Assembly: GCA_022562795.1 (NCBI GenBank)
Contig: JADFOP010000007.1
Location: 1 to 64,000 of the forward strand
Reading direction: 5' to 3'
Length of the DNA stretch: 64,000 nucleotides
Source of the DNA: Nitrospinota bacterium
GTDB lineage: Bacteria > JADFOP01
Part shown: positions 58,201 to 64,000 of the stretch, piece by piece
Position numbering within the stretch: the stretch's first letter is position 1
How the letters are laid out: each line of letters starts with the position of its first letter
Made by a program: the position numbers and the translations under genes
Notes under the pieces: generated by a model
The model's input: only the letters and a program-made list of their open reading frames with translations
Told to the model about the DNA's origin: nothing
The model's database searches: none

Positions 58201-59221
58201 TATGGTTGGCCAGATCGTCGGCATCCCCAACAAAATCGGCCAAGTCCACCACAACCGGAATTGTTCCGAAGCGGGGGTGGGGCCTCTTTCGTAGAGCCCT
58301 CCACGCCCAGACCTCAAGGATCACCGTCTGGAGGGCGCCATCCGAGCTCAAGAGGGCGAGGCCCGGCTTGTGCGCCATAAGGTCGCGGGCCGGAGTAGGC
58401 TGGTCATTCCACCTCACCTCGTCCTGGTGCTCCTCCAAGGAGAGATCGAGCAGACTGATACCGGGCAGGTCGGTGAATAAAGCAATCCGTTCACCCAGGC
58501 GGGCCAACTCTCCTTCCTCGTAAGCGCCGAAGGAGACCTGTTCTTCCATGAGCCGGCCGAAGGCAGGCCTAAGCCAGAATGCTTCCAGGGGATTAAAGGC
58601 GTGGATGCGGCTTAGGAAGGACTCCTCCAGGACGGCGGCGGCCTGCTGGGCCGCCTCAAACTGACGGGCGTCCAGGGCATTTACCACCGCGCGGTAGCGC
58701 AGAGCGTTGGTCCCCCACCCTCCTACAAAGACGGCCGCTATAAGCACAAACACGTACTTGAGTTTGATGACGGGGAAGAGGGTGCCGAGCAGGCCTCGGA
58801 CAGCGAGGGGAATGCCGCGGGGTAGCGACTCAGCCTTGAGCTCCGCAGCCCAGAGGTGGCGAAACCAATCGAGCAAGGATTTCCAGAAGCCCAAGATGTT
58901 CGAGCCGACCACAGCAAGCAAGCCCGTCGGCTGGCTCGGCTTAAAGACCTCCTCCCGAACCTCCTCCATACGTCGAGCGAAGGCCTCCTCGCCCTCCTCA
59001 TGATAGAGGGCTTTGAGCTCTTCTAAGAAGGAGCCTAGAGCGTTTCGCTGGGCGGGGTCGTCAGCCAGGTCGCCCAGCCCCGTAGCGGCAACCTCCTCGG
59101 CCAGGAACTTCTCCCAATTGGAGTGCGCCCACTCCCCTTTGAAGGCGACGACGAAGCCGTAGGCGGCCAGGCATACCGAGGGCCTGAATTGCGGGTCTAA
59201 AAATGCGAGGGCCTCATCCAC
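55265..59221 (-). CDS. large protein: TM segment, degenerate NACHT-like region, HEAT repeats, C-terminal TPR
   Basis: Many L.D.D..VR..AA.ALG repeats; IPVVVDL, NPLVM, F..PSFREYF NACHT-like landmarks; terminal TPR. Confidence 0.8.
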   Translation of the reverse strand: MDEALAFLDPQFRPSVCLAAYGFVVAFKGEWAHSNWEKFLAEEVAATGLGDLADDPAQRNALGSFLEELKALYHEEGEEAFARRMEEVREEVFKPSQPTGLLAVVGSNILGFWKSLLDWFRHLWAAELKAESLPRGIPLAVRGLLGTLFPVIKLKYVFVLIAAVFVGGWGTNALRYRAVVNALDARQFEAAQQAAAVLEESFLSRIHAFNPLEAFWLRPAFGRLMEEQVSFGAYEEGELARLGERIALFTDLPGISLLDLSLEEHQDEVRWNDQPTPARDLMAHKPGLALLSSDGALQTVILEVWAWRALRKRPHPRFGTIPVVVDLADFVGDADDLANHIVATLRASSQSHGVEIPGRVVRQRAAEGGFLLVVTRLEASGDPIRTAEAVRSLISDVSWRNNRWWVGYRIEFARRSLRPSLSPLTEVWVAKFQEAELAGVVRDAIPQAPDAVVADLRRTPRVARALRNPLVMAMFLKQYRRNRTVPHRLGSFYRAVTLEALSSSRTEDEEGEALSPQAKEYLLGKLAETIGPRRETLPRFEAEAALAQTLKGRLKEPSVSVISKASKAMEVLLQTDLIVADSSATSWSSGYQVRFLLPSFREYFHATAVARRLPGAEREGKAEAELAPFLDDPAMQYAASFLVGLVEDATIIFDLLLARLRRAMSEEFPKASRRYLRLSARLLPSAMGVDGATVDELTEELVAQAREASFTSDRERALKVLGYVRNSAAHSALLEGLRDRDARVRRAAVVGLQRGGGAEAVGPLVAALKDKDPSVQAGAAAALALAPRDRVVPALDALMDGEAPALRTRVVTVLGQVGGRGATVALEKALADENRLVRRFAARALGKLARPESQAALSRLLKDSDVAVRAEAAHALGAMKASSAVAPLREALGDESLRVRQAAAEALGEVGTKDAVAAIGNALNGSSVLEQRGLAIALGRARSSEAQQTLQRLLANGAPVVQSAAVQALGRMSGPRSVEVLTEALQGMDVSVRREAAATLRRLRDRRAIPTLKGLLTDPDHLIRAEAVQGLGDLADHAARNSVAMCATDGDAEVRRVTAEALGRIGGDATDGVLARLVVDEVAEVRAAALGAYAARPDRAQEDLFIRALDDPDPGVRYSSAAALERYPSSKAIAALIAHAADPDPFARREIVRVLGLIGEERAVSVLLERLVEADPSIRAEAARSLKRVGPLALPALEAVLALEMPSDPVAEELYDVSVSLDAKINRRSPTQLAAVADRYVEHMQWRRALTLYKAALGLAETPGRKAKLHAAIGDVLKALGDSEAAREAYQRSLALDPYNRRAQEALEVTETARRQAP

Positions 59222-59328
59222 GGAGCGCTCCCTCGGCCATATTGGCAGATTGTGCCTTCAAGATGTAAAACTATACAGGAAACCCGTTAAAATCCAACGC
59301 AGTGGCTGGGTTCAGATAACAAGAGCGC

Positions 59329-60177
59329 TCAGGCCGGCCGTTCGAGGAGGTAGAATGAACGTCGTACATCATCGAGGATAGTTGTAAAGCACTCGGTCAC
59401 AGCATACCCGTCAATATTGACATACTTTTCTAGAAGTAGCCCCACCCCACGTCGCCAGTCGTTCAGAACTTCCGGGTATTCTCTGTAAGGTGGTAGATCG
59501 AGCGGTATCTCCATCATAAGCCGAGTATCAGCCTTATCCAAGAAGGTCTCGGCCAACCGGGGAAGGCTGCCTTCATCGACGACCCTAGTGACCCAGGTCC
59601 CCTCCGGCGGCTTCGGACGCTCTCCCGCGAGACGGGCCTCAACACGCTTGGAGGTGAGGTCCCAGGAGACGAGAAGCCGCTCATTGGTCAAGAGATGGTC
59701 CTCACGACCCTCTGCCGAATCGAAATAGTCGGCCTTGTAGGCCCGGCAGATAGCCCCTATGGCGGTGCAATGGAAGTGGGCCGTTCTGGCAAGGAGAGGA
59801 GCGAAGGTCCAGCCCATTCGGGTGAGACCCTGGGCGAGGACGTGGTCTTTCTGGGCCATCTTTAGCAGGCGTCCGAGGCCCAAATTGCGATGGCCGCGGC
59901 GCACCGCCAAGGCCACGCCGAAGAGGTAGGGCCCATCGCTGTCGGATGAGGAGACGGCCACGGCGAATGCGACGAGATTATCCCCTAAGAACCCACCAAG
60001 AACCAGGCCTCCGGTGCGGCTTATTTCGAGAAGCTCCTGTGGGTTGTAAGGTTTAGGGCGCCGCAGTATTTGGCGCTGGGTGGCCTCGACGGCCACCATT
60101 TCACTGTAACGAGTGAGGGTCTTGACCGAAGGGTCCAGGGTTCCCTCAAGATGGGAGACGGCCTCGACGCTCTCCAT
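59329..60177 (-). CDS. GNAT-family acyltransferase
   Basis: LAV...HRNLGLGRLLK acyl-CoA motif, WTF.PL, ERLLVSWDL. Confidence 0.75.
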   Translation of the reverse strand: MESVEAVSHLEGTLDPSVKTLTRYSEMVAVEATQRQILRRPKPYNPQELLEISRTGGLVLGGFLGDNLVAFAVAVSSSDSDGPYLFGVALAVRRGHRNLGLGRLLKMAQKDHVLAQGLTRMGWTFAPLLARTAHFHCTAIGAICRAYKADYFDSAEGREDHLLTNERLLVSWDLTSKRVEARLAGERPKPPEGTWVTRVVDEGSLPRLAETFLDKADTRLMMEIPLDLPPYREYPEVLNDWRRGVGLLLEKYVNIDGYAVTECFTTILDDVRRSFYLLERPA

Positions 60178-60191
60178 GATGCTCGCCTGGC

Positions 60192-61199
60192 TCAGGGGCT
60201 CGCGGCCACTTGCTTGGCCATCAACGCCCGCGCGCGAGCTTCGACGAAGTCTATGACCGCCACTTCTAGCCGCTTGCCTGAGAGGGAATTAATCCGTGGG
60301 ATTCCACCGGGGGAGATGACGTTTATCTCGATGAGCTTATCCTCGATGACATCTATCCCGACGAAGTGGAGGCCGTCGGCCTGGAGCTTCGGCTTAAGGA
60401 TGTCGATAATATCGAGGTCCACTGCCGTCACGTCACACTGCAGGAATGCGGCCCCCACGTGGATATTGGCCCGGATCTCGCCCTTCTTGGGGATTCGCCG
60501 CATGGCCCCCAGAACCTCGCCGTCGAGCAGCAAAATCCGCTTATCGCCCTGCCTGGCAGCGCTTAGAAACTCCTGGACGATGACGCTGTTTCTCTCCCGG
60601 TAGGGACGGAGATCGTCCACATAGTAATGGAGCAGGGAGTCGAGGTTTTCCTCGTCGCGGGTGGAGACTTTGATGACGCCGTGGCCTCCGTGGCCGGCGT
60701 AAGGCTTCATAACCATATCCCCCCCGAACTCCTCTATGACCCGCCTGAGCCGTTTCGGGTCTCGGGAGACGTGGGTTTCGGGGATGACGTCGGGGAAGTT
60801 GAGGTTGTAGAGCTTATTCGAGGCTTTCACAACCCCCATAGGGTCGTTAATGAGGAATACCCGGTCCCGGAGGATCTGGAGGTGACCCGCCATCTCGAGG
60901 TTGAGCGGCGGATCTTTCCGCATGAAGATGACATCGAGGTCCTCAAGGGGTAGGGAGTCAGGGGCCTGAGAGAGCCATGCCTGCTCGACCGCTTCCCAAT
61001 AAGCCTGCACCCCGAAGGCTCGGGGAACGGTTACCCGCCACATCCGGGCCATGACCCGGTTCGCCCGAACGTAGAGGTCGTGGGGCTCCAGAAAGAAAAC
61101 ACCATGGCCCCGTTCGTTGCACTCGGCCATGAGGGCCACGGTGGTCTCGAAACGGGGGTCGATCGATTCCAGGGGGTCCATGATGAAGGCAATTTCCAC
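60192..61199 (-). CDS. gshB: glutathione synthetase-like ATP-grasp ligase
   Basis: AFIMDPLESI, FMRKDPP, INDP, GDKRI, RANIHVG, GIDVI...LIEINVISPGG. Confidence 0.8.
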   Translation of the reverse strand: MEIAFIMDPLESIDPRFETTVALMAECNERGHGVFFLEPHDLYVRANRVMARMWRVTVPRAFGVQAYWEAVEQAWLSQAPDSLPLEDLDVIFMRKDPPLNLEMAGHLQILRDRVFLINDPMGVVKASNKLYNLNFPDVIPETHVSRDPKRLRRVIEEFGGDMVMKPYAGHGGHGVIKVSTRDEENLDSLLHYYVDDLRPYRERNSVIVQEFLSAARQGDKRILLLDGEVLGAMRRIPKKGEIRANIHVGAAFLQCDVTAVDLDIIDILKPKLQADGLHFVGIDVIEDKLIEINVISPGGIPRINSLSGKRLEVAVIDFVEARARALMAKQVAASP

Positions 61200-61400
61200 G
61201 AGCAGGTTACCTCTCAGGCAGTAGAGGTATAAATAGCCGCACCTCTCAACTCCTTGAAATACATGGGAATAGTATTATCGGTGCGCTCAATACCTGTTGT
61301 GGTGTTCATGTTATTGCACTAGAAAAGATAACATGTTTCAACGCTTATGGCAAATCCCGCCGGGCCTTTCAGGGCCCAACTATCTGGAATGAAAAGGCCC

Positions 61401-62198
61401 TCACCCTCCCCCGGGCTGACTCAACTCATCCAGGAAGGTCTCCCAGGCGCTAAGGTAGTCCTCGCCGCCGACGAAGTAGGTGTCGTTGTGGCGTGCGCCC
61501 TCGATGGCGTAGAAGCGCTTGGGCTCGTTCGCCGCCTCAAAAAGCTCCCGTCCCTGGGCGAATGGGACAATCTCGTCGGCCGTGCCGTGGAGGACAAGCA
61601 GTGGGACGCGGAGCGCCCCTATTTTGGCCAAGGAATCATACTTGGTCGAGAGCAGGGAGCCCACCGGCAGCCACGGAAAGATGGCCCGGGCCATGGCTCG
61701 AATGCTCGTCATAGGGCTCTCGAGGATAAGCGCCGCCGGGGCACGGCGCCTGGCAAGCTCCACAGCCACAGCGGCGCCGACTGAGCGGCCGAAGTAGACC
61801 AGCCGAGAGGAATCCAAATCAGGCCGGCTCATCAAATATGCCAAGGCTCCATCGGCGTCGGTGTAGGTCCCCTCCTCGCTCACCTCGCCCTGGCTGAGGC
61901 CGTACTCGCGATAGTCAAAGAGGAAGATGTTGACGTCGAGACGGTCGTGGAGGAGGCGGGCGTTGTGGAGTCGGTGGGAGATGTTGCCTGCGTTTCCGTG
62001 CATCCATAGAATGGTGGGGCGAGCGGCGCCGCCGCCCCCGGCCGGTATCCACCAGCCGTGGAGCTCCATCCCGTCAGAAGTGAGGAAGAAGACCTCCTCG
62101 AAGGCGAGTCCGTACTCGGCCGGGGTCGCCTCGATGTACTTATCGGGATAATAGATGAGGGTCTTTTCCAGGGGCCACACGCAACCTCCAAGAGCCAT
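61401..62198 (-). CDS. alpha/beta hydrolase (ABHD-like), probable lipoprotein
   Basis: HGNAGNI, DYREYG.S.G, GRSVG nucleophile, HGTADEIVP, HND; true start may lie upstream. Confidence 0.9.
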   Translation of the reverse strand: MALGGCVWPLEKTLIYYPDKYIEATPAEYGLAFEEVFFLTSDGMELHGWWIPAGGGGAARPTILWMHGNAGNISHRLHNARLLHDRLDVNIFLFDYREYGLSQGEVSEEGTYTDADGALAYLMSRPDLDSSRLVYFGRSVGAAVAVELARRRAPAALILESPMTSIRAMARAIFPWLPVGSLLSTKYDSLAKIGALRVPLLVLHGTADEIVPFAQGRELFEAANEPKRFYAIEGARHNDTYFVGGEDYLSAWETFLDELSQPGGG

Positions 62199-62278
62199 CG
62201 GAAGCGAAACGATGAAGACGAGGGTTGGGACGCAAAGACGAAGGAGAAGGAATTGCGATGATGGGCTCAGGGCGCGCC

Positions 62279-63190
62279 CTACCTTAACTCATCGGGAGCC
62301 TCGCCGTCAGGCTGCTCCTCTACCCCTTCGCTCTCATCCTCCTCCACACGACCCAGAACAGCCATGTAGTCCTCCATCAGGCTGACCTCCAACAGGGCCT
62401 CCCGCTGGAGGTAAATCTCGCGGAGGTTCCGGACCATCCGCATCAGCATCTCCCGGTTCGTGGAAGGGCTTAGGTAGTCCTCCCGGAAAATGAAGCCCGC
62501 CTGGCGGCACAAAGCCGCGGAGTCTTCGCGGGTCAGGAGGCGACCGTTATGGAAAGGGTCGAAATAGACCCCTCCCTCTTCTGACCCGAAGCGGCAAAGG
62601 AAGTGGCCCGGCAGCCCGATTCCCGCAAGAGGGAGCCCCAAGCGATGGCCGACGAGAAGACATAGGGCGCTCAACGTTATCGGGATTCCACGGCGACTAT
62701 CCAGTACCTTGTGAAAGAAGCCGTTGTCCGGGTCGTAGTAGTCGGCTACGTTCCCTCGGAATCCTTCATCATCGAAAAGGGTTTTAACGAAGCCCTTGAA
62801 CGCCTGCAGGGGGGGCTCGACCCGGCCTGTCCGGCTCCGGACCGCCTCAGCCAGGCGCTCCAGCTCTCTGGTGTAGGGTGCGGTCACCAGGTCGGGGTCG
62901 CGAAAGCGGGCCAGACACCAAAGGCCCGCCTCCAGGTCCACCTCATCGCCACCGGTCTCCACGAGGCGAGCGAGATCCTCCACCGGGGCCCGCCGGGGAG
63001 CTAGGAAGGCAAGCTCCTCGATGCGCCGAGCCACCTCAGGAGCAGCCCGGCCGCTCGCGCCTCGAAGCTGGTCCAGGGCGGCCTGGTCAAGGGAGGCGAG
63101 GCTCATCTCCGCCCACGCCCGGGTCGAGGAGTCGGGGTCTTCCAGAAGCTTAAGGAGAGCCGAAAGCTCGCCATCGGTCATGGTCGGCAT
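62279..63190 (-). CDS. SirB1/transglutaminase-like core protein
   Basis: FRGN..DYYDP.N, RRGIPITL, GLPGHF, DPF..G, RMVRNL. Confidence 0.88.
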   Translation of the reverse strand: MPTMTDGELSALLKLLEDPDSSTRAWAEMSLASLDQAALDQLRGASGRAAPEVARRIEELAFLAPRRAPVEDLARLVETGGDEVDLEAGLWCLARFRDPDLVTAPYTRELERLAEAVRSRTGRVEPPLQAFKGFVKTLFDDEGFRGNVADYYDPDNGFFHKVLDSRRGIPITLSALCLLVGHRLGLPLAGIGLPGHFLCRFGSEEGGVYFDPFHNGRLLTREDSAALCRQAGFIFREDYLSPSTNREMLMRMVRNLREIYLQREALLEVSLMEDYMAVLGRVEEDESEGVEEQPDGEAPDELR

Positions 63191-63192
63191 GG

Positions 63193-63999
63193 CTAGTTAT
63201 GATCCTGGAGACACTTTGCCAGGGCGCCGGGAAGTTCTTCGAGGCTCTTAGCGAAGGAATACGTTCCCTTGCCTTCCCGGGCAAGTTTATCCACTTGGGT
63301 CCATTCCCTATACATCGCAGGGACTCTAAACTCGTAGTCCATGATGTAGCGTGCCGGGTCCTCGAGTCCGATGACGTGAAGCCGACTGTAGAGACGACAT
63401 ATCTCAAGTGGGCTTCCGCCGTGGGTCCAATCGCCGTCGCTCAACAGAATTCCAAGCTTTTTCGAATAGCCCTGCATCTCCTGAACCCCAATCAAGAGAG
63501 CGTCTCGAATATTCGTGTAGCCGACAGCCGAGAGGCTCAGGACCTCCTCCGCCACCTTCAGGGGCGACATGTGGGCCCGCAAGGGTTTTAGCAAATGGGC
63601 CTTCGTGTTGAAGACCACGACCCCGAAGTGCTCACGAAAGTGGAGGGCGATGGTCGCGGCGGCCAGGGCCGCCATTGAGACCTTGATGCCCCGCATGGAA
63701 GATGAGTGGTCCAAGAAAACCATGCAGGCGGTCTCTTCGGGCTTGCGCGCCAGCACCAGGATGTTCTCCTCCAGCTCCCCCGTGGGGTTATCGATAATGC
63801 GGGCCAGCGTTCCGTCGATTTCCACCTCATCGCTCGCATTGATATCGTTGACCGCTTGGAGGGGGCCCGCCTTAAGGCCCAGGTTGGCGACCTGGCGGGC
63901 CATCTTCATGATGAGACGGCCCGCGTACTTGAGCGCGAGGTCCCTAAGCTCCTCATCGAGATCATCCTTAATGTAGCTGTAAAGGTCGAGGATGAGAGG
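63193..63999 (-). CDS. vWA domain protein (5' end beyond window)
   Basis: MIDAS DHSSSM, GYTNI, LLSDG; frame is open to the window edge. Confidence 0.85.
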   Translation of the reverse strand, partial: PLILDLYSYIKDDLDEELRDLALKYAGRLIMKMARQVANLGLKAGPLQAVNDINASDEVEIDGTLARIIDNPTGELEENILVLARKPEETACMVFLDHSSSMRGIKVSMAALAAATIALHFREHFGVVVFNTKAHLLKPLRAHMSPLKVAEEVLSLSAVGYTNIRDALLIGVQEMQGYSKKLGILLSDGDWTHGGSPLEICRLYSRLHVIGLEDPARYIMDYEFRVPAMYREWTQVDKLAREGKGTYSFAKSLEELPGALAKCLQDHN

Positions 64000-64000
64000 G

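Noticed and set aside
53745-61199. Microviridin/graspetide RiPP cluster (two ATP-grasp genes plus GNAT)
   Set aside because: The ligases carry GshB-type N-terminal motifs (DP, RKDPP) and I found no precursor peptide with PFFARFL or TxKxPSD motifs

Overview
This is a GC-rich bacterial chromosome segment, mostly transcribed on the minus strand; the lineage cannot be fixed from sequence alone, though MltB, MltD-like and ExeA-like genes suggest a diderm. Housekeeping genes include purD, dapF, rnr, recR-ybaB-dnaX, asnS, pyk, ubiX and ogt, plus six tRNAs. Five elements stand out. (1) A complete selenocysteine-dependent glycine-type reductase operon (grdX-E-A-B-C-D) whose grdA and grdB are split in the ORF track only by in-frame UGA(Sec) codons; it has no thioredoxin genes but is bracketed by gcvH and a LipM/LplA-type lipoyl ligase. 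(2) A 2433-bp IS1595-family element with 24-bp imperfect terminal inverted repeats, an exact 8-bp target duplication and up to four passenger ORFs, inserted just upstream of a RHH/MazF toxin-antitoxin pair. (3) An unannotated ~102-nt RNA at 53558-53659 with a near-consensus sigma70 promoter and a four-way junction bearing three GCAA tetraloops. (4) An AT-richer pyk gene behind a structured, terminator-containing leader. (5) A membrane-anchored NACHT-like/HEAT/TPR protein with degenerate Walker motifs, lying between two GshB-like ATP-grasp genes and a GNAT. All calls come from manual motif reading; no searches or folding programs were run.
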